Shown here piece by piece: positions 29,251 through 43,408 of a DNA stretch of 64,000 bases. A model generated the notes under the pieces. It was not told where the DNA came from. It worked only from the letters and a program-made list of their open reading frames with translations, and ran no database searches. A program made the translations under genes and the position numbers. Position 1 is the first letter of the stretch; each line of letters starts with the position of its first letter. Source of the stretch: the human T2T-CHM13v2.0 reference genome, Homo sapiens; the NCBI RefSeq assembly GCF_009914755.1, contig NC_060937.1, one strand, 5' to 3'.

Positions 29251-30039
29251 TGTCAAAAGGCAAATTAAAAATCTAATTAAAAATAAAGATCTAATTGGCT
29301 TTTATTTGTGATTCTAGCATTGAATCGTACCTCATTCTGTAAAACAGGATGGGTGTTCCAGTGAACTGAGGAGAGGAGCTTGGCTTTATAGGCAAAAAAA
29401 AGGCTGAAGAAAGCAGAAATAAAGAATGAACAGCAGATTGGTCATTTCAGAATTACTTTCCTTACAGGGTTAAAACAGAGGAAACTTTTCTTATTATCCC
29501 AGCTCAGGTAAACTGGGCCTCTTCTGATTGGTGGCCATGAATCTCTTATTTTTGTTTTTTGTTTTTAATAGAAAACTGGCTTGTTTCAGAGCAGTTTTTT
29601 GTTTTGTTTTTTTTTTGAAACAGGGTCTTGCTCTGTCGCCCAGACTGGAGTGCTGTGGAGTGATCTCAGCTCACTCACTGCAGTGTCAGCCTCCCGGGCT
29701 CAGGTGATCCTCCTGCTTCAGCCTTCTGAGTAGGTGGAACCACAGGAGTGGGCCCCCATGCCTAGCTAATTTTTAAATTATTTGTAGAGATGAGGTCTCC
29801 ATGTGTTGCCCAGGCTGGTCTCAAACTCCTAGGCTTAAGAGATAATCCTACGTAGGCCTCTCAAAATGCTGGGATTACAGGCATGAGCCACCGTACCCAG
29901 CTGAGTTCAGTTTAAGTGGTAGTTACCACAAGTGATTCCATTCTGGTTTGGTGTGGTCTACTGGGGCCTAGTACAGGAGCTCAGTCCGAAATAATGTACC
30001 CCTCCCCACCCCCCCGTCCCCCTTAAACTGTGTTGAACA
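29251..30039 (-). mobile_element. ERV1-class solo LTR (MER4 group), interrupted by AluJ
   Basis: TG...CA termini, 4-bp TSD ctag/gtag, antisense AATAAA (ttttattt) and CCAAT (attgg) motifs; splits an L2 tail. Confidence 0.7.
29595..29902 (-). mobile_element. AluJ nested in LTR
   Basis: Antisense dimer; TSD about gagcagttt / gagttcagttt. Confidence 0.92.
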
Positions 30040-31873
30040 GTAGTAAATGCTTGAATGAATTGAAGAGTGGTTGATGTGGTCCAGATCGTTGCCTGGGTTA
30101 TCAGATTCTCTGGCGAGGGACTGTTAGCCCAGAGGTATGGGCCACTCATGGATCTTTACAATGCCATATCAGGCATGGGTTCCTTTTTCTTTGTATTTTA
30201 CTAGGCAGTTATTCATTAAATGGAAGAGAAAGAAAATATTATCTTACGATTCTTGTATTTAGATCTGTGGTAAGTAATTTTTGAGTGAATAAAGTACTCA
30301 AAACTCAGAGAATTTCTCTTTATTTGCTCTCTCTTAGTATAATTAATACAGTTTTATTGAAATTAAAATGCACCTAGCTGAGAATGTGATACACATAGGT
30401 GTTCAGTGAATGTCAGCTAACGTTATTTTTGTTTTAGCTTACAGCAGTATCTCTTCTGCTACTTGTTTTGTATTTATTTATGTTTGTTTACTCTTCCCCA
30501 CCAGATAAACTTTCTGGGGGGCAAAGACCTTACTATTTGACATTGTTTTTGCCTCACTTTCTATAAGAGGTCAATTATGTGTTGAATTGTATGGTGGGGC
30601 CAGCTAAAATGTGTTCATACTGGCTCTGACTTTAAAAGGTGCGGAACCGTTGTAGCAATGGGGTATCGAAGCTCAGGTAATCAACCTGAGAGACCAAGAA
30701 AGAGGAGAAACACAAAGATTGCTGTCTTGTTATGCTAGACATATGCTTTTTGCTAAAAAATTCATATTCGACATTCTTACGAGATATATTTCTCTGAATC
30801 TAGGAGTGGTTACATTTCTATAGTGTCTTGCAATCTCATAAATAGAACATTATACGTGAATAGTTAAAAACATTGATGATGTGATCTCATCGATAGAAGT
30901 GAAAAGAAGAACATAGAATTTCAGCCTGGTTTAGGAGGTAAGGCTGGAAAAATAAGTGGGGAAATAGAGCTATATCTCGAGCTAGCTTCTCATTTCTGGA
31001 AAACTAGAATTTGGAGGCTTACAAGAGATGTCAGGGACCAAAATAGTAAATCCAAATACAATCAGATTAGGATAATATTGATAGATTAACAATGAGTCAT
31101 TTAGATACAACCTGTTCTCAGGTTAAGTGTTTTCATGTAGCAGAATTCTTTATTTCATATTGATTTTGGATGTCGTGGATAAGTAAGATTAAAGGGCGTA
31201 TTACTAGGGAAAATTTTATTATCATTGACCTTGTAAAATGCCCTATAGTACAGAATTAGGTATCATGAGATAAACTCTGTCATTTCTCTCATCAGACTAC
31301 AGAGAAATGTAACCTGAATGTGAAGTGAGCTGCTGACAAGGTGAATGGTCTGAAAGTATTTGAAATTACCTGCACTCATATTGGCTGTCATAACGCTGCA
31401 TGGTCCCCTCCTCCTCTTCCCCTCTTCTTTTTAGAAAAAGACTTTTTTTTTTTTTTTTTAACTAGGCAGTTATTTTTCCTGGCTTGACTTGTGGTCTGTG
31501 ATTATTCTCTAAATTGTGACTTCCAGTGGTTTCATGATGTCATTTTTCTTTTCTTTTTTCCCTGAATGGTATAAATAATTTTTATTTAGTAGTAGTAGTT
31601 TAATACTTAGGCCTAGAGACAGCAGGATTATATTTTGTTGCTACCATATTGAGGTCATTATTTGGAACCTGAGTGAACAAGGATAAGTACATCTGTGATG
31701 GGATTTTAGCGGGGAGAGGTCCTTAAAGATTACCCAGTCTGTTCCTCTAGTCAGTGATTTGTTCATTTATTCAAATATTTGAGTGTCTATATGCTTTTCT
31801 TTGCAGTATTTCTTTTCCCAGATGTTGGTAATAACACCTTCAGTACAACTATCTCAAGCCAAAAATCTTAGAA

Positions 31874-32071
31874 GAGTACTGTCCAACCTAGTAGCCACTA
31901 GCCACATGTTACTATTTAAATGAACATTAGTTAAAATGAAGTAAAATATGGAGTTCCTCACTCACATTAGCACATTTCAAGCTGGATCCATGTGGCTGGA
32001 GGCTGCCCTCTGGAACACTGTCACTGTGTAGAACATTTCCATCACTGCGGGACATTCATTTGGACAGCACT
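31874..32071 (-). mobile_element. MER3-like hAT-Charlie DNA transposon
   Basis: gtactgtccaa..tagccactagccacatg..tagaacatttccatcactgc..ttggacagcact with terminal inverted repeats. Confidence 0.8.
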
Positions 32072-32998
32072 ACCTCAGAGCACTCCTTGACTCCAGGGGA
32101 GTCAGCATCCCCATCCCCATCCACTTAATCTTCCGAGACCTACGTCTGTCAGATTTGTTCCCTTTAAAGAATCCTCCCTTGTCTTAGTTTAGGTCTTCAT
32201 CACCTGTCTTCTGAATTATGGCTTAAATTCAGTGACCAGCCTTGTGAAGCTGTCCCTGCCGTTGCCCCTCCAGCTGTAGCCACCTTCTCCCTTGTGCTCT
32301 GTGCATCCGCCATATACACCTGTCAGAGCACTGGCCCCACGGAATGCTACATGGTTGTTTACAGACTTTTCTTCTTGTGGACTGAGAGGTTCTTGGGAGT
32401 CCAGGGTTGGGCTTTGGTTTTACCAGGGGGAGGGGCAGGCACAGTGACTGACACATAACTACATATATATGTGTTTATTGAGCAGGTAGAGGCATGGATG
32501 GATGGAGGCCATAGCAGGTTGCAGTTTGAAGGCAAGAGACCTTTGGATACCTGGAAACTAGACGACAGGAGGGCATTTGTGACACAGGGAGTGTAACAGA
32601 TGCAAGGCCAGAGGTAGGAAGTTACAGGGCAATTCTGCTTCTGGACAGTAGCCACAGGAGAGCACTGTCAGCACCATTCAGAGTGTAGCCATGTATGGAA
32701 ACAGAATTGGAGTGATGGTGTTGCATAGAAGCATGCTTCCCTGTTCTGGCCAGTATTGCAGCTCGTAGTAGAGGTGCTGTGTTTCCACTTAGCAGCCTTA
32801 ACCTGTGACTTCAAAGGAGTTACTGATATGCTCTCCATTGTCAAATGAGGCTACGTATTCACAAAGTCTAGTTAATTCTTCAAGACTTTTATGGTTCTTG
32901 ACTTATGTTAGAAATGTTAGCAGCTCAGCAGCAAAGAAAAAGGCATGTGTCCGTGCCCAAAAGGAGACAATCCAATGTAGATATTACTTACTTACTCC

Positions 32999-33137
32999 TT
33001 TTTTTTTTTTTTTTTTTTGGTAGAGGTGGGGTTTTGCCGTGTTGCCCAAGCTGGTCTCAAACTCCTGGGCTCGTGATCTGCCTGCTTTAGCCTCCCAGAG
33101 TGCTGAGATTACAGGTGTGAGCCACACCGTGCCTGGC
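32999..33137 (-). mobile_element. FLAM / Alu left monomer
   Basis: Poly(T) followed by a single antisense monomer ending cctggc. Confidence 0.88.
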
Positions 33138-33159
33138 AAGAACAGTTGCTTTCTAGTCA

Positions 33160-33340
33160 GACTCATCCTGACTCTTCTTTTTCCTAGCTGTGTGATCCTA
33201 AAAAACTCACTTTTTGATCCTAATTTCTTCATTTTTAAATGGAGATATTACCTGCCTGTGAGGACTAAGTTAAATGTATATGACATGTTAGCTCTATGCT
33301 TAGACCTGAGTAAAACATTTACCAGTAATAGCTAATAACA
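33160..33340 (+). mobile_element. MIR
   Basis: ctagctgtgtga..tttcttcatttttaaatggagata..gtgaggactaa. Confidence 0.6.
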
Positions 33341-34926
33341 AAAATAATAAGTCCATAGCCTTTCACACAAATGGGAAAATTCATAATTGTGTTTCACAAA
33401 GGAAGAGTTAACACGTGATTCTTAAACATAAATGGTCATCCAGAAAATACATAGGATGTTGGACATTTTCCTTGTCCTTAGGCGTAGTTAGCTGGATATA
33501 ACCATCTCTTAAGTGAAATGTATAGGGCTGGTTACCCTCAAAATCATCAAGTCGAATCAGCTGATCTAGTAGAGGTAAAATTAGGCCTGGATAATCTAAA
33601 CCCAGGGATAATTTTCTGTATTTGGAAATAAGGTGATCACTTATGCAGATTACTTAGGAAAAAGCTCACTTTTCTCTTTTACTCAGCATCAAGAGCATGC
33701 AGTACAGCTGCTCTGAAGGAAGAGAAGAAAATTGTGTGCTGCTTTAGTTTTAAATAAGTAAAATAGGATGTATAAAATGGAGTATCGCTGAATGATCATT
33801 CTATTTTTTTTTTTGTACTGTTAAAAGGATGGTTGCGGTCTTAACTATGTGAGTTCTTAGAATCTACTGGCCTACATAGAATTCATGGGGGTCCAGATAA
33901 TTCTTTTTAGTAGACTCAAAGTTGCTTTTCTTCCATAATGAAATGGCACAGTTATCTGTTTTCTCATGCCTGGACCTCCTTTCCCAAGCTTGATGCCTCC
34001 CACCCTTGTTTGACCTTCCTGAAGCTGCACCCCGCCCCACTTCTGGGCCGCTGTTCTCTCGCTTTCTTGCGTCTACCTTGTATTAAAATTATCTGCATTT
34101 ATTTGTTACCCTCACAAGACTGAGTACCTTCACAAACAGGCATTTTCTTATTCATTTTTATGTGTTCAGTGTTTAAAGAGGGGCTGACTTCTACAAGATG
34201 CTTGGTACAGTCTTGCTGAGTGAATGGATGCATGTTCACTAAAATTTTCTTGTATGTATTCTTCCCAAGTAGACCATAATTCTGAGTAGGAAACCATGTC
34301 ATGCTTCTTGTTACCTCATAGCTCTAGCACATTGGTATACAACATTGATCAGTTTGCTCTGTAGCATTGCTGTTAATGTCCAGTGTCCTGGAAACACCTT
34401 CTAGGGCGTATTTGGCAGTTATTAAATCTGTTACTATTTTATCCCTGTAGCTACTATTAGAATATTTATAAAATGATCTCCAAGACTTTTATTGAATTTG
34501 AATATTGTTATGGGAAAAATCGATACAAATGCTCTTATTAGCTACAGTTCTTATGTGAATGATTACTATTATTTGATTCAGTCTGTAGGCAGTAACAAAA
34601 CCTAAAATATATGTGTTGTTGAGTAAATGAATTGAGCAGTTCAGTTGAATACACTTAGACTTGACTTTTTCTTTTTCTGCCCTTCAGCTATTATTTACTG
34701 TGAGTCCTTGAAGTTAATTTCAGAGGTTTTTCAGGATAGGGGGTTGGAATTATACAGGATTTCACACACCTTATTAGCTCCTTACTTAAAATAATTAAAA
34801 AAGAACTAGTTCAGGGATTAGAGCTCCCTTGAAATTGTTGAAATGTGAAATTTGAATTTAAGACTTTCTTGAAGACTTGAATGCATTTTGCCTACTGGTA
34901 ATTAATTTTTTTTCTTTTCTTTGTAG

Positions 34927-35024
34927 TTTTAGTTTTGATTGCTGTTAACTACTACTGATAACTGAGCCAAAGTGGTGATGCTACTTGAGGGGAATTTCTG
35001 CAACCCATAGTCAACGATTACATG
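34927..35024 (+). other. Probable internal non-coding (5'UTR) exon of an unidentified host gene, 98 nt (92 nt with the alternative acceptor at 34933)
   Basis: Long polypyrimidine tract ttttttttcttttctttgtAG; strong donor ATG|gtaaga; non-repetitive sequence; stops in all three frames in its 5' half. Confidence 0.72.
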
Positions 35025-35453
35025 GTAAGAGTGTGTGCCTTTTACCCTTAAAGCCATTTAATTTCTGTAACATAGTTTAGAAATTTAATTAGAAATAGAA
35101 ATAGCATAAAATATTCTAATATTTTTGAATATTAAATATTTAATATTAATATACTTTAATATATAAATATTAACAGCAGGTAATATTTTAGAGCTTTAGA
35201 TCCTAATTAATAGTTTGGGACATTGAAAGAGAAAAAAAAACTTGATATATTCACTTCCATGTTAATTTTTTTGTGTGAAAAACATGATTATGTAGTTTAT
35301 GACTTATTAAGCTGAGATCTCAGTCTTCTTACCTCTGTTTTTGCCCATTTACTTTTTATTTCCTGGAATTTAACCAATTCTTTGTTATCTGAATCTTTCT
35401 AGTAATGAATGGGTATGAGAAGTCAAGATTTAAAAACTTAAACCTAATCAGTT

Positions 35454-35759
<306 letters not shown>

Positions 35760-36269
35760 AAACCTAGTCAGTTTTACAATAATTTACTCTGAACTGAGGT
35801 GGTGGTGATCGTGATAGTGGCTAAAATGAGGTTTTTGAATTATTTATGGATTTCAGTGAGCTGTCTTACTCTAATTTTAAGGGGTAATTGAGGAGCAATG
35901 AGACATAGCAGACTAGTAGGGCAAGTTATTTCTTTGAGCTTCACTTTCCTCATATGCAGAATACTATCATCTGTCTTGCCTGATTTATGAAACTGTAAAA
36001 ATCAAATGAGAGGATGTATATGGAATTTTCCTTTTCTTTCTTTCTTTTTTCTTTTGGAAGGATAGGGAGAGAATAACACGTCTTTTGGTTTTAAGATGAT
36101 ATTGAAAGAGAACATAAGGTAGAAGAAAGGCTATTATACCAGAATTAGAAGCTGGAAGATTGATCTCTAATCCTAGCTTGCCTTGACCTTGGGCATATCA
36201 TTACATATTAATTTACCATAGGAAAATTGAACTTGATTTCCATACTTTCACTTTACAGGTAATTTTTCA

Positions 36270-36520
36270 GGAATGTATCTGTGTTCTCTGACCAAGTTTA
36301 ATTAAGCTAGAAATCAGTATCACATACCCAAGAAATTCCAAAATATTTTGAAATTAATGATCACAGCCTGAAAATCCATGGTTAAAGAGGAGCTTACAAG
36401 GCAAAATACTTTGAATTGAATGAAAAGGAAAGCGTAACGTATCAAAATATATGCGATGCACCTAAAGCACTACTTTAAGGGGAAATTTATAGTGTTAAAT
36501 GCTTATATTAGAAAATAAAA
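36270..36520 (+). mobile_element. L1M ORF2 fragment
   Basis: aaatactttgaattgaatgaaaa..tatcaaaat..gatgca.ctaaagca..ggggaaatttatag..aaatgcttatattagaaaa. Confidence 0.75.
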
Positions 36521-37251
36521 GTTAAATAGCTTTTGGGCTTTTCCTGTATGTCATGATGGGTTACAGGCTGATTGTAGTTCTGATAAATGGTTTCTTTCAC
36601 TTCCTGTCCAATTTATATGAAAAGGGGAGATAGTTAAATTTTTTTGTCAGGCAAGCATTTATTTTTTAACACGGATACTGTCTAGTATTTGTGTTCCACT
36701 TTATAGTTTTTGGGGGGCTTTCAGGTGTGTCATCTCACCACAGCCTTTTGAGATAACCAGGCAGATATTACTGCTTTCATATTTAGAATAAGGACTTGAG
36801 GCTTATGGAGGTCTCAGCTCTTGAAGAACTCGGGGCTTCTGCTTGCCACGCCATCTGCTTGTTTTGCTGCTGTGCTGCATTTCCAGGCTTTTTGTAGAAG
36901 CGCTGTCTGTGTTCAGACTGTTGTAGGTGGCACACTCTGATTAGCTTGGTGAGGCAGATTCTGTTGGATGAGGGAATTCTCTAGGAGGAGTGCTTTTTCT
37001 TAGGCATTTCCGTTGGTGTTTGTATTATGCCCATCAGAGGTGGCCTTTTTTTAAGTACCGTTTTGGAGCTATGTCTATCTGGTTGCTAAATGTGTCTTTC
37101 CTGTCTCATTTCTTTTATCATGATATTTAGTCCTGTGTGTGGCTAACAGTCGACTTATTTTTACTTGACCTTCATGTTAGAATGTACATATTAAATAAAT
37201 GTTCAGTGATCTCCTACTTTGTCATACTCAGATTATCTGTTGCCACAGATT

Positions 37252-37569
37252 TGTTTTTTTTGGTTTTTGTTTTTGTTTTGATTTTTTTTTGAGACGGAGT
37301 CTCGCTCTGTCACCAGGCTGGCAGGCAGTGGTATAATCTCGGCTCACTGCAACCTCTGACTCCCTGGTTCAAGCGATTCTCCTGCCTCAGCCTCCCGAGT
37401 AGCTGGGGTTACAGGCATGTGCCACCATGTCCAGCTAATTTTTGTATTTTTAATAGAGACAGGGTTTCACCATGTTGGCCAGGATGGTCTCGATCTCCTG
37501 ACCTTGTGATCCCCCTGCCTCTGCCTCCCGAAGTGCTGGGATTACAAGTGTGAGCCACTGTGCCCAGCC
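37252..37569 (-). mobile_element. AluSc-like, full length
   Basis: ctctgtcaccaggctg, ccaggatggtctcgatctc; TSD ccacagatt. Confidence 0.93.
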
Positions 37570-37579
37570 CACAGATTCA

Positions 37580-38515
37580 TTTTTAAACTGCTTTATTGTG
37601 GAATAATTGACATACAGTAAACTATGCTTATTTAAAATGTATAATTTGATAAGTTATTTGAAATATGTATACACCCATGATACCATCAATGTAGTTGAAC
37701 TGGTGACCGTTGTTTCCTCATGGCCCTTGGTCATTTTTCCCTTTTGTTTCCCTCCTACCCTCACATAACGGCTGCTCTGCTTTCTGTCCCTATAGATAAG
37801 TTTATATTTCCTAGAATGTTATGTAAATGGAATAATACAGTATGTAGTATTTTCGTCTGGCTTTCATTCAGCATAGAGATTCATCTCTTGTTGTTGCATG
37901 TATCAGTAGTTCATTCCATGTTATCATTGAATAGTACCTCACTGTATGGATGTAATGCAGTTTGTTTGTCCATTCACCTGCTAATGGACACTTGGATTGT
38001 TTCTAGTTTTTGGCTGTTACAAATAAAGCTGCATGAACATTCATATACAAGTCTTTATGTGGGCACATGCTTTTATTTATTTTGGGTAAATATCTAGGAG
38101 TAGAATGGCTGGATCGTGTGATAAGTGTATGTTTAACTTTTTAAGAAACTTGCAAACCATTTTCCAAAGATTATTTTGTTTCTCTTGAGCAGTGGATGAT
38201 AGTTCCAGTTCATCCATGTTCTCATAAGCACTCTGTATGAACAGTCTTTTTAAGTTTAGCCATTCTCATCAGTGTGCAGTCATATCTCCTGCGGTTTTAA
38301 TTTGCCTCTCCTTAATGACTAATGCTGTTGAGCATTTTTCATGTGCTTGCTTGCCATCTGCATAACTTCTTTAGTGAAGTGTCTGTTCAAATCTTGTGCC
38401 CATTTTAAGAAATTGGGTACTTTATTATAGATTTTCAAGAATTCTTTATATATTCTGTATCAGATCTTTATCAGATATATGATTTGTAGTTTTATTCATT
38501 TTAATAGCATTTTTT
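37580..38515 (-). mobile_element. L1MB/L1MC 3' end
   Basis: Antisense L1M 3'UTR and ORF2 end (tgggtaaatatctaggagtagaatggctggatc, aatgactaatgctgttgagcatttttc). Confidence 0.88.
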
Positions 38516-39469
38516 TTCCTTTTTACCCCAGAATGAAATTTTTGGGAGCCAATATGGGATTATTTTTTGGTTTTATTTTTTGCACTTTCCCCAACTCCCA
38601 TAAAAGTAGTTACTCTTTGTCATCTTCCTTTTCTTCCATTTTCTGGCAGGGCACTTAGTTTGTATTCTCTTTTTGGGGGGCTGTACATGAGTCAATAGCT
38701 GTGCAGGACAGAAGACCCCTAATTAGTGAATATGTTTGCATGGCTGGGATGGTCAGCTCTTTATTTCTGGAGGTTGGAGATCTGCCATTCCAATTGTCAT
38801 CAGTATTGACTCGTTGTCCCTGGGGTGTAGTCAAAGGCCTCACCTGAAGTACTACAAGGTCAGAAGCCAGAACAGGGCCAGATTCAGATTCAATGATGAA
38901 AATGCTGGCGACAATTCACCAACATCCCTTGATTTTTACATGTTCATTTCTGATTGAATTGTATTGTGCTTACTGTGTGATTGTAATTTTCTGTGTGATT
39001 GCAGTTAACTTTTTTGTGTGACCTAATTCATAGCTTTTTTTCTTACAACTTTTCCGTGTTTTCTTTTTTAAATATGCATTCTCACATCTATGTATAACAT
39101 TTTTAAAAACTATCAATTAACACTTGTTAATTGTATTATTCAAATCTTGGTCTTTGTTGGTTTCTGAGAAAAGTATGTTGGGTCTTCTACAAAAGGATAA
39201 TAAAAGTTCATAATTGTCATTTTTAGTGTTTTTTTTTTACCAATTGAATATGATAAGTGTCTTCCCCTCCATCTGTTTTTGTTGCGTTCACCTTGAGTTT
39301 CTCTTGTGTCTTAGAGCCTGACTCCCTTTTGTTGTTAGCATTTGCCTGGTGTATATTTTTAATCTCTTTATTTTTATCACTCCTAGTTATTTCATTTTAG
39401 ATGTATTCTTGAATATTTATCTTACAAAACCCAAACAACTCAGTGTGTTGCTGCTTTGTTCAGTGGAGG

Positions 39470-39687
39470 CTGTTTGGTGAGTGGTAAGGACATGGACTGA
39501 GTCCAGGCTGCCTGGGGTTGAATTCAGGCACTGCATAAACTGGCTGTGTGGTGTCTGTCAAGTTTACTTAAATATTAGTGCCTGTTTCTTCCCTATACAA
39601 TGGAAATATTAATAGTTTCTATCTCATTTTATAAGAATTAAATGAGCTAATATATGTAAAATTCTTGACAGTGCATGGCACATTCTA
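39470..39687 (+). mobile_element. MIR, interrupted at its 3' end by THE1
   Basis: gtggtaaggacatggac..ctgcctggggttgaattc..gaattaaatgagctaatatatgtaaa. Confidence 0.8.
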
Positions 39688-40060
39688 TAAGTGGTTTGGC
39701 TGTGTTCCCACCCAAAATCTCATGTTGAGTTGTAGTCCCCATAATCCCTACGTGTCAAGGGAGAGACCAGGTGGAGGTAATTGAATCATGGGGGCAGTCT
39801 CCCCCATGATGTTCTTGTGATAGTGAATTCTCATGAGATCTGATGATTTTTTAAGTGTTTGGTAGTTCCTCCTGCATTCATTCTCCCTCCGGCTGCCTTG
39901 TGAAGAAGGTGCCTTGCTTCCCCTTTGCCCTCCGCCATGTTGGTAAGTTTCCTGAGGCCTCCCCAGCCACGTGAAACTGTGATTCAATTAAACCTCTTTC
40001 CCTTCTAAATTACCCAGTCTTGGGAGTATCTTTTTAGCAGTGTGAAAACAGACGAATATG
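39688..40060 (+). mobile_element. THE1D-like MaLR solo LTR
   Basis: tggtttggctgtgttcccacccaaaatctc..gagaccaggtggaggtaattgaatcatgggggc..attaaacctcttt..gcagtgtgaaaacagac. Confidence 0.9.
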
Positions 40061-43000
40061 AAGTCTTAGCCATTAATAGTGAGTTCACCCATTAACACTT
40101 ACTGTGATTATTTGGAAGGCCATAGTCACTATTAGTGCCTCCTTTTTGTTAAAAAAATTAATACTTTCTTGTCCATTGCTGACTTTATTACAATTTTTTC
40201 CTGTAATGGTTTGTTATTTATATATCCAGTATCTTCTAGTTGTTTGTACGAAATCAAAATATTGATCATGCAGATAACACCTGAATATATACGTCTTTTA
40301 AAAACTTGCAACACATTTGCAATTAAAGTACCTTTTGAGTCTCAGCTCTGTTCCTCCTCCCTTAGAATAATAAATTCATTATTATGAATTTGAGACATTT
40401 CCTTCTCTGACACACACTCTCTCGCTCTCTCTCTCTCCCCACCGTCTCCCCCACCTCCGCCCCCCCGTCTCTTTCATATATGTAGGACTACATAGTACTT
40501 TTTACTAAATGGCATACTGTAATTATGAACTTTGTATTTTTCATTCACTGCTATGTTTTGGAGGACACTCCATATATATATTTATCTTGTTTCTTTTAAC
40601 AGCTGCCTTTCCCCTATTGGTAGTCATTTCCAGTTTATCTCTATGTCAAACAGTGCTGCTGTGAACATTCTTGTACATGAATTCTGTGCACAAGTGAGAA
40701 TGTTTCTCAGAATAAGAGATGGAAATGCTAGGGTCCATAGTATGCATATTCCTAGTTTTATTAGATATAATTCTTTCAAAGGACAATTTGATGGTTGGCT
40801 GCCATTTGTATTTCTCTGGTGTAAATTGCCAAGATCTTTTCATTGTGGTTCTCCAACCACACATCTCGTGGCCACAGTCCTTCCTGTCATATTTTTGGCT
40901 TGTGGTTTCTTCCTTTAATCTCATCCCGTTGCCTTTCAACTGTGGAGGTTATCTATCATTTGTAGTCCTGTAGTATTGTTGCACATATTTTAAATGTACA
41001 TCTTTTTCATCATTTCTGTGGGTTTGAAACAAAGGAGAAGCCTAGTCTAGGTGCTCTGTTTATTATATTCTATTTCTATAATCTTCCATTTCAAATTATA
41101 TAATTTTTGAAAGGATTTCCTATGAATGAGCTAAGGTTATGCACATACATGCCATACACAACCTGCTTATAAGTGTCTCATTTTAATGGAGAAATATGCT
41201 TAGCATATGCTGCAGCCTTAAATGGAAAGTAGATTACATTTAATCCCAAATCAAGGAAATGGAGATTGTTGTTCTTCCTTGTCTGAAATGTCACCTTAAA
41301 CTGCTGTTTTCCTTAGTTTACCCACAGCAGCATTTCTGTAAGTCTCCTTGGAGGCTGGGTATATATTCTAGTCTTATGCACACAGCTTCCTGGCAGACAT
41401 CAAATGGAATTTGACTTAGCAGATGTCGTACTGAATCATGGTCTGCAGAGATGCGGATGGATCACATCCTTGGCTGGGGAAGTGGGGTGGATACAAATAT
41501 CTGGGTCAACTCAGTGGTTAACCAAAGGTTAGTCATGTTATAAAAAGTCATGTATATCAAAAATACAAAACAGAGTAAGATAGGGGGTCTGAAGCTTATG
41601 CATGCAATCAGCAACAAGGCAGTGTCAGGAGTTGAAGGACCAGACAAAACCATCTGTTTAATAAGATAATAAAATCTGATATAAAAGGAACCTTGGAAAT
41701 GTAAACCACCTCCTTCCTTTTTGGTCAGAGCTGACTCTTAATGACAAATGATCAGGTGCTTAGAGGGTTAAGAATGGGGAGGGACCTGCTGGGATAGAGG
41801 GAAAGAGAATGAATAGAAGCATCATATTAGAAGTCAAGGATTACTTGAATACCAAAGCAGACAACTTTCCCCTCCTTGGCTGCCTTTTTATCCTGGTAAG
41901 ACACAGAAATGAAGTAGCCTTGGCTTACTGGCATATTTATAATTGGGACCTGTAGGAAGCGTTTACAATGGGGATGTGGTGGGCAGAGCACCAGTGGAAG
42001 TGAGAGACCGAGATTCTAGTGTCTACTCCAGGATGTAGGAGATTTTGGGTCTCTTTGTCTTAATCTTTGATTGTAAAATAAAGTTATGCTAGATCTCCAA
42101 GGTTCCATTTATCTTAAAATTTTTTTTATTAAGTAGCTGATTTTGTCTGGCTGATCAAAACAGGGAAGAAAAATAGTTCCTGGTCAAAGCATCTCGGAGG
42201 TTCCTGGGTTAATAATGTGCATCAGAATAAATTTTTATGCACAATAAAGGACTATAAAACAGATGTAGGTTCAAATATTAAATGTATTCTTGAATCCCAC
42301 ATGTTCTGAGTATCTAGTTAAATGAACACCATGGTCTAAAAGGACTTAGAAATAAAATATGGGTATATTTTAAAAATATTTTTTATCTAATAGGAATTTA
42401 GTGATTTATTTAACTTTAAAAAGTCTGAATTAAATGAACATAACACAGAGCATAAAGATTAATTGAAGCATAGATATGTAGAGCGTGGCAAGTTGTAGAA
42501 CAGCAGCTTTTTTCAGAGCTCCCTTTACCCTGTCCATGGCTAGAAGAGAAGGGCAGGGAGACCAAAGGCTTGATCTTCACAGGCTCCCACACCACTTCTG
42601 TATCCCCACCCATGATACGTTGTTCTTCACTTTTACTCCGAGATTTCTTCCCACAACAGAGAAACTGCAAGACAGGAGCTAATGGTGAAAACCCTGGTGG
42701 AGAGAAATCTTGACCTAGACTTCAAATCCCTACCTTTTCAGTTAGAACCATATTAGCTTCTACCTGGAGGATCTTTATATGCCATTTTGTGGCCCTTGAA
42801 AGACAAACTGTGTCCCAGAATGTCCTCTAAAAATAGGTACTTGACAAGGTTTTTCATTACATTATTCCATAGACACAAAGTTGCTTTTTTCTGGGAGACT
42901 TATTATTTAGTTGTTGAGGCTGTATAGCAAAAGCTAAGTGACGTTTTAAAATGGTGGAATGCTGCTTCTAAGCCTTGAGTGAGAGCTTCACTCTTCCATC

Positions 43001-43408
43001 CTCAAACGTCTGTTGAATAGCTTCCCGATGCTGAGCAGGATGCTGGGGGGTCTGTGATGCCGTGTCATCTCCCATTCCCCACTGAGAATGGAGTATTTCT
43101 AGTTGCGTTTTAATTTCCAGGAATGAGACATACCTTTAATGTAGTGCTTATCACACTGTGTTGTAACTTTATTTATATGCCTGTCTCTGCCACTAAACCA
43201 TTAGCATCTTGAGGAATGGGGTTTGTTTTATTTTCGTTTGTTCAGTTTTTGCATTTCCACTAGCTAAAGCATCATGAAAACACACTGAATGTTTGGAGAG
43301 TAGGTGAATCTGATATGGTAGTTTCTGAAAGCCAGCTGAATGTCTAACTGAAAAGGAAAGTATGCCAGAGCTGGAGGGAACCCAAGAGAGCAAATCTGTT
43401 CTGCAGGA

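Noticed and set aside
30640-30990. Mild CpG excess here and at 27630-27750
   Set aside because: AT-rich and far below CpG-island density, so it cannot be called regulatory from sequence alone.
34927-35024. Assigning a gene symbol to the host gene
   Set aside because: There is no coding sequence in the window and I cannot reliably recognise the UTR exon; a database search is needed.
35128-35147. Perfect 20-bp palindrome aatattaaatatttaatatt
   Set aside because: A/T-only and embedded in low-complexity AATATT-rich sequence, so it is expected by chance or slippage.
40414-40470. CT/C-rich tract with G-quadruplex potential on the minus strand
   Set aside because: Simple-repeat-derived and irregular, with no contextual evidence of function.
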